Below, piece by piece: positions 12,325 to 25,164 of a stretch of 64,000 nt of DNA. Position 1 is the first letter of the stretch. The number at the start of each line of letters is the position of its first letter. The stretch is from Eledone cirrhosa (lineage: Eukaryota), in the NCBI GenBank assembly GCA_964016885.1, contig OZ024743.1, positions 239,320,001 to 239,384,000 on the forward strand. The letters run 5' to 3'. The translations under genes and the position numbers were made by a program. Below the pieces are notes generated by a model. The model was not told the origin of the DNA, ran no database searches, and worked only from the letters and a program-made list of their open reading frames with translations.

Positions 12325-15300
12325 TATAATCGACTGTGCCTTGGAACTAACACTGAGTGCTTTGTATCTGTACATGTGTATATGCAGTTATTAGATGCAA
12401 TATTTTTGGAATGTTTTACATATTTTTACTGTTCCATTAATGGATTGTACTTGTAATTTCCTAACTAGTTGTGTTCTTTCTGTACCTGTGAAGCCCAGCT
12501 TCTCAAGATTTGCATTGAGGCAGTTACTAACATATCCCAGTGCCCCAATAATCACAGGCATAAATCTGAAGGTGTAATCAGGGTGGAGTATCTGCAGATT
12601 TCTCATCAGTTCTGCATAAATATTCTCCTTTTCACTAATCTTTGATATTATATTGGCATCTGCTGGGCAGCTAATTTCCACTACTGTGCATGTTTTCTTC
12701 TCCCTGTCCCATATCATAATATCTGGTCTGTTATGCCTGCATTTTATTGGGGTTTTTACTGGAACATTCCACCAGTACTCTTTCATATTATGTACATGGA
12801 TGTCTTCTACATTGTTGTAGCTTTTAATGTGTTTGTTATCGGGGCTATCTTTTTTACGAACTGCATTGTACAGTGTTTTGGCCACTACATCATGCCTCAT
12901 AGGTAGATAGTACCGCGATGACATCTTTGGGCAGCTGCTGATGACATGGGTGATATCCTCGATGTTAATTCTGCAGAGTCTGCACTTTTTATCACATCTA
13001 GGTGTTTTGCCTGCATCCCTATCTCTTTTGTGAATCAGGTATTTCGTGCTAATCTCCTGTTCTTGGATTGCAAAAGCGTATCCTTCAAAGTGGGAGCCAA
13101 TATAGCGGTTGTTGGTCCAAGATAGACTACTTTCCTTATCTATATTACTCTCACTCTGGAGCTTCCTGGCAACATATCCATGCATGATTTTTTGCTGATA
13201 AGCATGCAGTTTTTCATCCATGGATTCACTGCGATACTGCTGAGCGACATCCCTGGGTGTGAGTTTTTGATTATCACACGGGGAATATCTCTCAAGGAGT
13301 TCCTTTCCAACTAAACTATCATGATCTTATCTGTTTCATGCAGATAGACTTGCCCGAGAAGCGGGCTCCTACTCTTAGAGGTTCGTAGATGTTGTCGGAG
13401 AGATATGATGCGACATTCAAATGTTGTCTGGACTGATGTTAGGCGTCTGCCTCCCTGCTTACGTTTGAAGTAAAGGCGGTCTATGTCACTGTTGATGTGG
13501 AAGTTTCCGGTGTTGTTCAGTATTTTTCGAGTTCCAACATCAACTGCTCGGATTTCGTCTATCGTCCAATTGAGTATTCCAAACGTTGGTGTTAGGACAG
13601 GCACAGCAAACACATTGTGAGCCACTGTTTTGTTTTGCGCAGAGAGTTCCGATGACCAGATCTTTCTTAATCGGGTGTAGTATTCCCTGGTTACGCGTTC
13701 TTTATTACAGATACCATTATAGGATATGTTCTCATCCGAGGTATCTGTAGCAGTCCTCATCAGATATCGGTGAAACAGTTAGACTATTGATGACAATGTT
13801 GCTAGATTGGGTTGTTGTATTTCCCCGCTTTACAGTCATGTATGAGCATTTATCTTGGCCAACCTCCATTCCTATATCCTTTGAGAACGTTGTAACCAGG
13901 TCAAGATTTTTCTTCATCCCATCCATGTTCTTGGCATAGAGTTTCAGATCGTCCACAAAGAGGTTATGGGTTAGGTTCGTATTTCTGTCCTCCCCTGAGC
14001 CAATGATGTATCCCTCACATTTCTTGAGCAGAAAGGACAAGGGGTTTAATGATAAGATGAACAATATCACAGAGAGACTGTCCCCCTGAAATATACCCCT
14101 GCAATATTTTATTTTATCAGTGAAAATAGAGTCCTCCCTCTCTGTCTTTAACATTAGGATAGTAGCCCAAGAAGAAGACAGCCTCTCTATGGCTCTGACA
14201 ATAATGTCTGGGACTTTAGAGAGTTGGAGGGCCTCTATCATCCAAGAGTGGGGAACAGAATCGAAAGCTTTCTTGTAGTCCAGCCAGACTGTAGTCATAT
14301 TCCTCCTAATTTGTCACACCTCCGACATCGCAGTTTTGTTGATTAGGAGTTGTTCAGCACATCCCCAAACCCTTTTCTTTCCAGCTGCTTGTTCATCTGT
14401 GATGATGTTATTATTTTCACAGTGATCTTGGAGGAATAGGTTGAGGCAGGCTGTATACATCTTATACATCAGGTTCTGGCATGCAATGGGTCGGTAGTTT
14501 TTTGCCAAGTGGGTGTCTTTGTTCTTAGGGACCAGTAACGTTTGTGCTAATGTCAACCATTCTGGTATAAGTGTATCTCCCTTAAGAACTTGTTGGTAGA
14601 GGTCAGTAAGATACCTCCGATAGAATATTAGTTTTTTGTACCAGTAGCCGACAATCATGTCTCTTCCTGGTGTTTTCTTAACTTGGAGTTTTCCTATCAC
14701 AGTCTCAAGGGTACCCTCACTTATTTCGTATGTTTTTGTTGTAGTGTAGGAGCAATAGTTCTGTAGGATTTCTCTTAGCCATACTGCATCTTGGTTGAAA
14801 TTCTTCTTTTCACCCCATATTTTTCTACAAAAGGAATCTATGTCTTTCTGGGATGGGGCCTCAGTGACACTTATTATTTTGCCCTTCATATCTCTATAGA
14901 CTGATGTTTCGTTTCGTCTGAATCTTTTATTAAGCACTTTTCTCTCATCTATCTTCTTCAGGTATCGGCGTTTTTCGTAACAGCTCTCAATTCTTGTTTG
15001 AGGGTGATCAGCTTATATTGGAGAGTTCTGGTTCTACTGTTACCAAACATCGTCTCTATTTTATTTTTCACTCTTTGTTGGTGAGGAGTGAGGTTTTTTT
15101 GTGTTTGTTTGCATGTAAGGAGCATTATCACATGTCCTATGTTTTTTCGTAGGTCAGCACTCTTTTTTTCTATTTTAGTTATATATGATGGTATTTTTGG
15201 TGGTGTTTTGTTCTTGTTAATATCTCTGCTATTACCAAGATAATGCTTCACTGTCATTGCTAAGGCATATAAACAGGCGTTGATTTGCCAAAATGTTGGG

Positions 15301-16260
15301 GTTTTTATCCGTCGTAAATATTCATCCCCTATTTCGTCAATAACACGTAGTATTTCATTATTTGTTTTTTATTCACCATTGTCATTTTAACACGTTCAAC
15401 CAGAGAGATATTTATACATGAGTTAATTTCTCTCTGGAAGATTTCGTTGAGGGAAACGTTCAAATGTTTATACTTTTGATTATCATTATCGATAGTATTT
15501 TCCACAACAGTCGAGGTAGACTCGGATGGTATACGTGATGTCACATTTATTCGATTATTATTATTATTTCTTCGATTATTATTATTATCGATAATGTTTT
15601 CCCAAGCATTCGAGGTAGACTTAGATGGTACAGGCATAGTTGTTTCAAGGCGCTGTTCGACCTGGTTGCTAGGAAGTCTAGTAGCATAGCACGTGTTGTT
15701 GATTCCATGTTTGTTGTGGGGGACTTACAATAAATAATATTTATCTTATTTTTACGTTCAACAAACGTCGCTTGTTAGCGTAATTGTTTCGCTGTGAAAT
15801 AATTTAGCTCTGGGTGCATTTCGTCCCAGTGTAGCTTCATTCTATTCATATAGCCAATGGAGGGATTGTTTTTTGCCAATTTATAACAATTAAATAAATC
15901 ATTATTAAGTTCGCAACTCCAAGAGAAATGCGATTTATAATTTCGGTTTCTTTTGTAGCTACAACTGAATAAAGTTTGATTACCTTCTTTGTTATTTGTC
16001 TTCGATACTTCCTTAATTTTCTTGTTGATGTTGTGTTCAGCCATGCTGTTTGTAGCAAATCCTTGTAAAATGAATTATGTATTTAGTCGGATATCTCTAC
16101 GAATTCGAATAAAAGGTGTCTTCAGAAGGGATAGTTAGAAGAATAACCAGTTATTCAACCTGGCTGTAGTTATGGCATTACTGTCGGAGATAGTATTCAT
16201 CTTAAATGTAATAAATAGTCTCCCACACCAAAATATGCGACTGATCGAGTTGACTGATGG
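12325..16260 (-). mobile_element. Near-full-length decayed Dong/R4-clade LINE (family C)
   Basis: Successive broken minus-strand ORFs 16044 to 12391: KTPGRD, YRPIACQNLMYK, WLDYKKAFDSVPHSW, GIFQGDSLS, LFVDDLKLY, CRLC..EDITHVISSC..MRHD, RPDI..VVEISCP, IIGALG. Confidence 0.9.
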
Positions 16261-16294
16261 AAATGTATGTATGTATGTATGTATGTATGTATGT

Positions 16295-16990
16295 CCCACT
16301 CTGGTTTTGTGCAGGGCTTTTGCTCACTATAAAAGCTTCACAGCACAAGCATTTCTTTATATCTGGAGATCTCTCTGCACTTGTCGTCACATGGTACCAT
16401 GGGCCCAGCACTATGTGTCAATAATTGTCACAAGTGTAGTGTTTGTACCAGAGTTTTCAAGTCGCTGGCTGGACTAAAAAGTCACACTTGTTCAGCGCAT
16501 CGGTAGGGGTTCTCCTACATGGATATAAGGTAGTGGCCGTACTCGAAAACGAGTTGGCAGCCACAATGTATGTATGTATGTATGTATGTATGTATGTATG
16601 TATGTATTTATGTATGTATGTATGTATGTATGTATGTATGTATGTATGTATGTATTTATGTATGTATGTATGTATGTATGTATGTATGTATGTGTGTATG
16701 TATGTATGGTTAAGAGAGTGGGACTGGCTTTGGACAGTGCCTTTGCTCACTATAAAAGCTTCACGGCACAGGCATTGCTTTATATCTGGAGATCTCTCTG
16801 CACTTGTCGTCACATGGTACCATGGGCCCAGCACTATGTGTCAATAATTGTCACAAGTGTAGTGTTTGTACCAGAGTTTTCAAGTCGCTGGCCGGACTAA
16901 AAAGTCGCACTCGTTCAGCGCATCGGTAGGGGTTCTCCTACATAGATATAAAGTAGTGGCCATACTGGAAAACGAGTTGGCAGCCACCAT
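16295..16990 (-). repeat. Two ~270-bp direct repeats separated by (TATG)n; probable 3' fragments of an REL-type (HERO/NeSL-like) LINE
   Basis: 16295-16567 matches 16725-16990. Minus strand reads QRLENSGTNTTLVTI..., resembling the REL C-terminal L..TIEIGSLG segment. Bounded by (CATA)n. Confidence 0.5.
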
Positions 16991-17154
16991 GTATGTATGT
17001 ATGGGTGATTTTGGACATCCTGCAGGACAAAAAACAAAACCTGCAAAGGGCGGAAGAACTCATAAGAGTCAACGGCCATCCAAAAGTGTATAAATATGTA
17101 TATACACATGTACATATGTATGTATATGTATATGTGTATATACATAGAATTAAT

Positions 17155-17295
17155 TAATAATTATTAATAATGGTATATCGTGCAATGGCCATGCTCGATA
17201 ACGAGGGGGCAGCCATCACCATGTATGTATATATGATGGCTGTCCCCTCGTTATTGAGTATGACCATTGCACGATATAACATTATTAATAATTAT
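17155..17295. repeat. Imperfect palindrome, nested within a larger inverted repeat (17000-17095 / 17650-17735)
   Basis: tatatcgtgcaatggccatgctcgataacgagggggcagccatca vs tgatggctgtcccctcgttattgagtatgaccattgcacgatata. Outer arms gattttggacatcctgcaggacaaaa / ttttgtcctgctgggtgtccaaaatt. Confidence 0.8.
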
Positions 17296-18415
17296 CAGTC
17301 AATGCTATCGTGCAATGCCTCTGCGTAAACAATTTTTTAAAAGTGACGAAAGACTGTGCACTGAGCCAATCCCACTCTCTAAGCGACAGTAGCTTTAATC
17401 CGAAAAGAAGAACACATCAACAACATCATCGTTAACTACTGAGCCGCAGGATTTATATCGGAGTTATCCCAGTTTCCTGAGTTGCCTTCTCCTAGAAGAA
17501 TACCCTAACAGGGTTAGGGATCCTTCACTCCCAATGGTTTAAGCGCACGTTCGAGTATCCAGCCAGATTATTTCTATGTCCCCGCGCATATACATTCACA
17601 TGCATACATATATATGCATATATACACATGCATACATGTATATACATATCTACACATTTTTGGATGGCCGTTGACTTTTTCGCCCTTTGTCAGGTTTTGT
17701 GTTTTGTCCTGCTGGGTGTCCAAAATTACACTCCTCACCAAGGAAACTTGGTGTGGTTTGCGATTTAGTCGCAGACGACCCGACCATGCGACAAGTTGTA
17801 CTGGGTTACATGTTACCAGTAGCACTCAAGGGTGATCCGGCATAATGTATATATATATATAAATATATATAGAGATATTAAAAATATTAATGAATTGAAA
17901 ATATCTTTATAACAACATATTTATACATATTTCAAGGATACTAGATTATAGTATGCTTTCTTCAGATAAAATACAATATTTGGTGTTAAGATATTGACAT
18001 AGCCAGAACATGACTTTACAATGTAAGCCAGCCAACAATGGGCAGTGAGAGAAAATCTCACAATTTCGAAGGATATAAATTAATAGGGATACATTAAAAC
18101 AGAAAAAGACCGTTATTATAGATGCTTGATAAATTTTGAAAAATAACGTGTTTATATTGGTCGTGTGGTGGTCGTTAGAGAGTGAAGTATTAATGTGGAA
18201 TCATGTATATATACACACACACACACACAATATATATATATATATTTATTTAGGTTTGTTGGTTCACCACTGGATAGAACTGGTTATTCCGTGTGGTCAA
18301 CCTCAACGTAATGCAACTCACCCGTCTTCGTTTGTGTTGTTGGTGGTGCGAGTATGGAGTTAATTATTATAAAATAACAGGAGGCTGGACTGGTGTAATT
18401 CCTTAAAAGTTTATT

Positions 18416-18473
18416 ATACTATGATCATTTCAATGACCGGGTTCAGTATGAATCCGGTGACATCCTCTGGTAT
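18416..18473 (-). ncRNA. Type-I hammerhead ribozyme, one core substitution (CAGAGGA)
   Basis: atac CAGAGGA tgtcaccggattca-tac-tgaacccggtcatt GAAA tgatca TA gtat aataaa. Palindromic stem III ATGATCAT. Confidence 0.6.
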
Positions 18474-18671
18474 TCTAAACATAATAAAAGAATATAATAG
18501 ACAAAATCCATGGGGCTGAAAAGCAGAGACATGAGGGCGGCCGAACATTTAGCAGCTTCCAACCCGGTCAGCCGCCCTCAATATATATATATATATATAT
18601 ACATATATATATACATATATATATATAACATAAGAAACGGAGAATCAGTGGTGCGACGAATAAAATTTATT

Positions 18672-18768
18672 AGACATATTACAATCGTTTCTCTGGCGAC
18701 CAGTTCGAAGCACGTACGATGTAATGATCGAACCTGACTCTGAAATCGCAAGGTCCTCAGACACGTCT
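18672..18768 (-). ncRNA. Type-I hammerhead ribozyme with enlarged stem II
   Basis: agacgtgt CTGAGGA ccttgcga...tcgccaga GAAA cgattg TA atatgtct aataaa. 8-bp stem I including GU pairs. Element 18625-18840 has inverted ends. Confidence 0.7.
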
Positions 18769-19469
18769 CTATTCTACGAAGCAGAGTTTCCAGAGTTTTA
18801 TTCGTCACACCACTGATTCTCCGTTTCTTATGTGATATCATACTCTGCTCTGCAAGAGCATCGAGTACTCAAACGGCATACCGTTTAAGGACGCTTTACG
18901 CATCCCACACCAATTATATATCTATATATATATAAGCGCAGGAAAATATCACGCACATATGCACATATATTTTAGGAATGTGAATCTATTTATATTGGTT
19001 ATATAAAGCAATAATTGTATTGTAATATATTGTACGATACTGATGCATATGGTTAGGTATAATCCTTTTGTGAATAAATGAATGAAATATCTATCAGTTT
19101 TAACCTAATTTATATTAATTGTTATATGTAAACAACGACGGAGAAGTAACTCTTATTTTATAACGTTTTTTAGATAAGATTTAAAGCACCGTATTCGAAA
19201 TATGATTTTGATAACGGTGTTTTTTACTTTGAATAAAATATGCTTGTATCTACTAGATCTTATAGTTATTTATATTGTAAATATTACAGTAAATGAAATA
19301 AATATTACAGTAAATTAAATAAAACATTACAGTAAATTAAATAAATGTTTAATGTACTAACTGATTGTGTGCGCGTATATTTTGTATATGTATGCGTATG
19401 TATGCGTCGGCGCATACTTATACACTGACCTAAATCTTAACGAAACTTACTCTTACTATTTTAATAATT

Positions 19470-19645
19470 GTTTCTACTTTAGGCACAAGGCCAGCATTAC
19501 CCAGTGCATTACTGGTACTCTTATTTTATCGACCCCGTAAGGATGAAAGGCAAAGTCAACCTCAGCGGGATTTGAACTCAGATCGTAAAGGGACGTAATT
19601 ATGCTGGAAAGCATGGCGTCCGACCCTCTACCGATACTGCCAATA
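19470..19645 (-). mobile_element. tRNA-derived SINE
   Basis: Reverse complement of the 2386-family SINE (ggatttgaactcag, ctctaccgatactgcca). Confidence 0.85.
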
Positions 19646-19973
19646 ATAATCTCTGTCATTTTCATTTAATAAATTTATTTAGAAAAAACAAATAACGAAA
19701 CGAAATTAAATTTCGTTTCGCTTCTAACTCACTTTTGTATGACTGACACTTATACAATTAAGTTAAAGTGTACATCTACATATGTATACGGAAGTATTAG
19801 TATGCATATAAATACACACATGTATACATATGTACATGTACTGAGTTTTTCACTAGACACTTTACAGTGAGTGTCAGCTAGTCTGTATGTAACCACACAG
19901 ACGGACCGGGTTTTAGAGTCATACGAGTTTTCAAGGAAACACATTTCCTCTATTCTCTAGAGGGCCAGACAGG

Positions 19974-20018
19974 AATATTAGACTAGTTTCGATGTTATTA
20001 CATCTCATCAGCAATATT
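19974..20018 (-). ncRNA. Minimal type-I hammerhead ribozyme (intact core)
   Basis: aatattg CTGATGA gatgt-aata-acatc GAAA ctag TC taatatt. Confidence 0.85.
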
Positions 20019-20710
20019 TACCCATCTTCCGGCTTCTCTGGAGAATTGTAAAAGCACATATCGTTATATGCTTTTTCTATGAAAATTAGTAGTGGGTAGA
20101 CTAATTTGCATAGAACGTGAGTCATTGTACGCACCGGTTCAGCGGAAACGATAAAAACAAATAACGAAACGAAATTAAATTTCGTTTCGCTTCTAACTCA
20201 CTTTTGTATGACTGACGCTTAAACAATTAAGTTAAAGTGTACATCTACATATGTATACGGAAGTATTAGTATGCATATAAATACACACATGTATACATAT
20301 GTACATGTACTGAGTTTTTCACTAGACACTTTACAGTGAGTGTCAGCTAGTCTGTATGTAACCACACAGACGGACCGGGTTTTAGAGTCATACGAGTTTT
20401 CAAGGAAACACATTTCCTCTATTCTCCAGAGGGCCAGACATGTGTGTATTTATATGCATACTAATACTTCCGTATACATATGTAGATGTACACTTTAACT
20501 TAATTGTTTAAGCGTCAGTCATACAAAAGTGAGTTAGAAGCGAAACGAAATTTAATTTCGTTTCGTTATTTGTTTTTATCGTTTCCGCTGAACCGGTGCG
20601 TACAATGACTCACGTTCTATGCAAATTAGTCTACCCACTACTAATTTTCATAGAAAAAGCATATAACGATATGTGCTTTTACAATTCTCCAGAGAAGCCG
20701 GAAGATGGGT

Positions 20711-20757
20711 GAATATTGCTGATGAGATGTAATAACATCGAAACTAGTCTAATATTC
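20711..20757 (+). ncRNA. Minimal type-I hammerhead ribozyme (intact core, predicted GUC cleavage after 20749)
   Basis: gaatattg CTGATGA gatgt-aata-acatc GAAA ctag TC taatattc. 8-bp stem I, 5-bp stem II, palindromic ACTAGT stem III. Confidence 0.9.
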
Positions 20758-21279
20758 CTGTCTGGCCCTCTGCAGAATAGAGGAAATGTGTTTCCTTGAA
20801 AACTCGTATGACTCTAAAACCCGGTCTGTCTGTGTGGTTACATACAGACTAGCTGACACTCACTGTAAAGTGTCTAGTGAAAAACTCAGTACATGTACAT
20901 ATGTATACATGTGTGTATTTATATGCATACTAATACTTCCGTATACATATGTAGATGTACACTTTAACTTAAAATTTATTTAGATTATCCTTAAACTCCG
21001 GAGCTGAGAATCATTCGGTTATTCTAAATAGAATGTTAGTCTAATGACTCCATTTAAACCATACATGTACTTTTGCTTTTGCAAGAAAATGTTCTCTTCG
21101 GTCCACATAATTATCCTCGCTTTTTTACGTCCATCGCCAGGCAACGTCACGAACCAAAGTATCGTCTTCCTGTTTTCCTTCGGTTGCAACGTTTTTCGAA
21201 ATATTTACTTATGCGTCCACAGAAAATCCCGTTAAGCGTGAAAGCAGCAATTTTTGCTTAAAATTTAATCTTTGCTCTA

Positions 21280-21438
21280 CATGGACACACTAGAAGAGGA
21301 AGACCAAGGTTAACGTATGTTGATGCCCTAAGGACAGACACTAGTCTGTTGGAGACGCAGGACATGGCAGTGATAATGAGGCACAGAGACTGCTGGAGAG
21401 AACTCGTCCATGGATCTCGGGAATTTTACCCGCCTTAG
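21280..21438 (+). mobile_element. 3' terminal fragment of an RTE-clade LINE
   Basis: Reads HGHTRRGRPRLTYVDALRTDT...MRHRDCWRELV*, a typical RTE C-terminus. (TA)n tail. Confidence 0.7.
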
Positions 21439-21501
21439 ATATATATATATATAATCCTTAGCGAGCCCTGTTCGGATTTTAGTCTTCATATTTTTTATTA
21501 T

Positions 21502-21539
<38 letters not shown>

Positions 21540-21599
21540 CAACCAGGCCCTCAAGCGGAGTGGCTTCCGGGAGGAAATATCCTTTTATCCAGCTTCCCT

Positions 21600-23075
21600 T
21601 AGCGGATCCAGCAGACGACACCGCCGCTCACGCAACGTAACGTGGTTCAATCCTCGCCATAATGCCGTGGTGGCAACACCTATCGGGAAAATCTTCTTTA
21701 GACTCCTCGAAAAACACTTCCCACTACAACACCGCTACCACAACATAATCAACAAAAACACCATCAAACTCTCCTACAGCACCCCACCTAACTTCGCACA
21801 AAACATCGTCTCCTAAAACAACAAAAAACTCAACCCCTATGGAAGAAATAACCAAGATATCAGTGGAGAGCCGACCAGGAGGTGTAACTGCCCTGATAGA
21901 TCTACGTTCCCCCTCAACAACAAATACCGAGAACGTAACGTGATCTACCAGTGCAACGTGAAGACGGACACCTCCAATAAAGCTTATATAGGATTAACCG
22001 CGTGTGACTTCAAGACCTGGCTCTACCAACACCGACATACTTTCCGAAACCCGGTCCGGCGACATGCCACTACTCTTTAGGGCCACATCTGGGACCTCCA
22101 AGATAATAATATAACCTACAATCTCACTTGGAGTTTACTGTCCAAAGCTAACTTTTACACGGGAGGACGCCGTTCGTGTAACTTATGCTCGGAGAAAACA
22201 TTACAAATGCTGTTTTCGAAGGACCAACTCCTAAACAAGAAAGATGAACTGGTACCCGCATGCAAACACAGATTGTGTAGGACTTACCTCGTCCTCAAAC
22301 CCCATAACGACCCGGGTGGGTAGACAAGAGCTGATACCCCCTACTTGCCGAATAAGTTAGAGGAAACCCCAGCTTACTTAGGTAGATGTATCTCTTTCCT
22401 TTTCTTTTCCTCTTTGTCTTCTTCTCCCTGTCTCATCCTATCACTTCCTTCCACCCCCTATTTTCTTCCTCGTCTGCTTTTCCCCTTCGCCTACCCCGAT
22501 GCAGCCCATCGGGCCTCTGTAGCATCAGTTCCCCACCCCTGTATTTTAAAGATAGAATTGGCCGAATACGGTTTACTAACTACTTATAGCAGACGTGTTA
22601 AACCCCTTTAATTCTGTATCAGTTTTGGTACTACTCAATTTCTACAAGTTTGTTCTATTCTCAACTTATTAACCTGTAATTGTAGGATAGCATTGTGATT
22701 TTTTTATTCATTTCTCACTATCTAATTTTATATATTTTTTTTATTTATTTCTATTATCTTGTATTGTCTCCTACTCTCATTCGATTTACCTATTCTATAA
22801 CCTCCCTCCTCCACTTCATACACTATTCTGCTGTATACATATCACTTTCAACGCTTGACCGCTCCACTCACTCCCCTATTGTTCAAAAGGCAAGTTCAGC
22901 CACCCCTACCTCCCAACAAATGCCGTGATAGACTTATTTGTGTTTACAAAAAAATTTAACCAAGCCTCTTGACAACTACAATCTTCCCATATAAAGAAGT
23001 ACCCCCTTGAAAAGTTCGGCTATTTATTCACCAGGCTAAAGATTCTAATTTAGTGTAGAAATAGCCGACAAATCT
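21600..23075 (+). mobile_element. 5'-truncated Penelope-like element (Naiad-type GIY-YIG plus long 3' pLTR)
   Basis: WFNP, IGKIFFRLLEKHFP, IKLSYS, CNCPDRST.PLNNK.RERNVIYQC, AYIGLT..DFK, CNLCSEK. The 3' region 22180-23070 is shared with 59955-61545. Confidence 0.8.
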
Positions 23076-24329
23076 TTAAGTTAAAATAAGAAAGTACTTA
23101 ATTGCCGGAAGAAATATAATGTAATTCACAACTGGCATATACACGAAAAATACACAATGAAGTATGAATATTCACAACGAAATAAACATTTTTTTTTTCT
23201 ACACATACTCTATTTTTACAGCTTTGTGTGGGGAAAGGCGTGTAATGTTTATAGAGTATTCATATACAGGTTTGGATAGGTTAGTGTAATTGTCAATGAT
23301 TAGATTGCGGTTGTCTTTTAGAAACCGCTGAGCCGCTCGACGATTATATATTAAATACAAGCTTCGAGCCTCTTATGCACAATCTTTTAAATTATTTTAA
23401 ACATAGATACGGCTTTTATGCTTCTATTTAGAGATTAAATACACTTATTTATCAGTGCAGTGATTTATCTTTTATTTATAGTCACAGAATATTATGCAAT
23501 AATCTGTGGTAGTCCAATGAACAGGCAATGACATTGTTGCAAGAACATACATTTAATATGCAAAAGGAAGAATGCATATTAATATTAAAAGTAATACTAT
23601 TTAATTCCAGATACATTGTGTTTGGAAACTTTTCAATGTCGTCAGTCACAAAAAATAACAAAAAAAAAACAGGTTATGTTCATATAGCAGTTGTATCTCT
23701 GCATCATTTGACCGTTCAATGTTCTTGGCGATGAAGGAATAAAACTATAGTTTACAAACAGAGCCGTTGCTGCTATTTAATCTTACGGACAGCTTATCCT
23801 AAATTCAATCGCCGAGCGATTTTACATATATATTACACTAGATGACGGAGTGGGTAAATAGAAATGTATGCAACATTTCCTGATGTCCCACACCCCATAA
23901 AACGTGACAATAATGCCTCACTAGCCTCCTCATCACCGCTTTGTTGAGCAATAATATGTTTAAGGTGTGAACATATTCCCGTTCTCTAAGTCTACTAACA
24001 CAAACCGCTCTAGTTGCCTGACCTGCTGGAGGTGCCATTACCATTACGAGGTTGACTCTTCTTTACAACTTAACACCGTTACTCATATTAAATATGCATC
24101 GATGACTATATGCCACGGTATTATATATTACACTTATTGCGACGAACAGGCAGACACGCAGACAGACGCAAAGACAGACATGCAAACAGACACACAGAGA
24201 ACAAAGTCAAGCAATTTCCTGCCTATGTGTAAATTACTTTATATATCTACCAACTGATTATGCAGCTACACAGAAACACACATATGTACACACGGGTACA
24301 GGCACACCACAGACATACAGACGCACACA

Positions 24330-24366
<37 letters not shown>

Positions 24367-24680
24367 CTATACATCTATAATATGCATATATATATACAGT
24401 GTATACATACATATATATATATATAAGTATATATATATATAGAGAGAGAGAGAGTGAGAGAGAAAGAAGGGGGGGGGGGGGGGTTAGAAACACGACTGTC
24501 ACGCCTATCGTTTTCAGCAAGGCCTGTCAGGCCTGACGTCACGGTGTTGGGCTACCTTCCTCTATACATACTCTGCATCTTCCATTGTATAGAGTACTCC
24601 CCTGACTTGTGGCCTCCCTGGTCTCATCACCGCAGCCATTCTCTTTCTCTCTTTCTCTCTCTCTCTCTATCTTTCTCTCA

Positions 24681-24757
<77 letters not shown>

Positions 24758-25164
24758 CAAAAAGTTATGAAATGAAAGGAGCCGTGTGGTTACTAAAAAC
24801 AAGGTTTAGGATGGTGGTTAGGACGGAGCAGGAGGAGAGTGGAAGAAAGGAGTTTCCATCGTCAGCTGTAAATCTATCCCGAACCGATGTTTCGGCGTTG
24901 AATTACAGGACAACGGTGTAGTTCGGGTGCGCCCGATGCCTTTTATTAATCAAAATGCGAGGTGGAAAAGGAGAGAGAAAAGAGAGAACAAAAGGAGAGA
25001 GAAAAGGAAAGAGTGGGAAAGGAGGAAAAACAGGAGATGAGGAGAGAGGGAGAGGGGGAAAACTAGGAATGGAATAGAAGAAAAAACGTGTACCGATCCC
25101 ATCGTGGGAAGACGCAGGTGAAAGAAACATGCAAAAAAGTAACCGTGGAAAAAAAAATATATAT

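Larger units (their letters stand above)
19685..20970. mobile_element. Retrozyme-like ORF-less element: 469-bp HHR-containing unit in ~1.6 tandem copies plus an inverted ~1.1-unit copy
   Basis: 19685-19971 repeats at +469. 20438-20970 is inverted and has terminal redundancy (20438-20501 = 20907-20970). Confidence 0.8.

Noticed and set aside
19750-20983. Three identical 64-65 aa ORFs (MCFLENSYD...)
   Set aside because: By-product of the repeated 469-bp unit, with no domain motif; a micropeptide cannot be supported.
24870-24960. Possible hammerhead (gccGAAAcatcggtt on minus strand)
   Set aside because: No CUGANGA core or stem I partner could be found.
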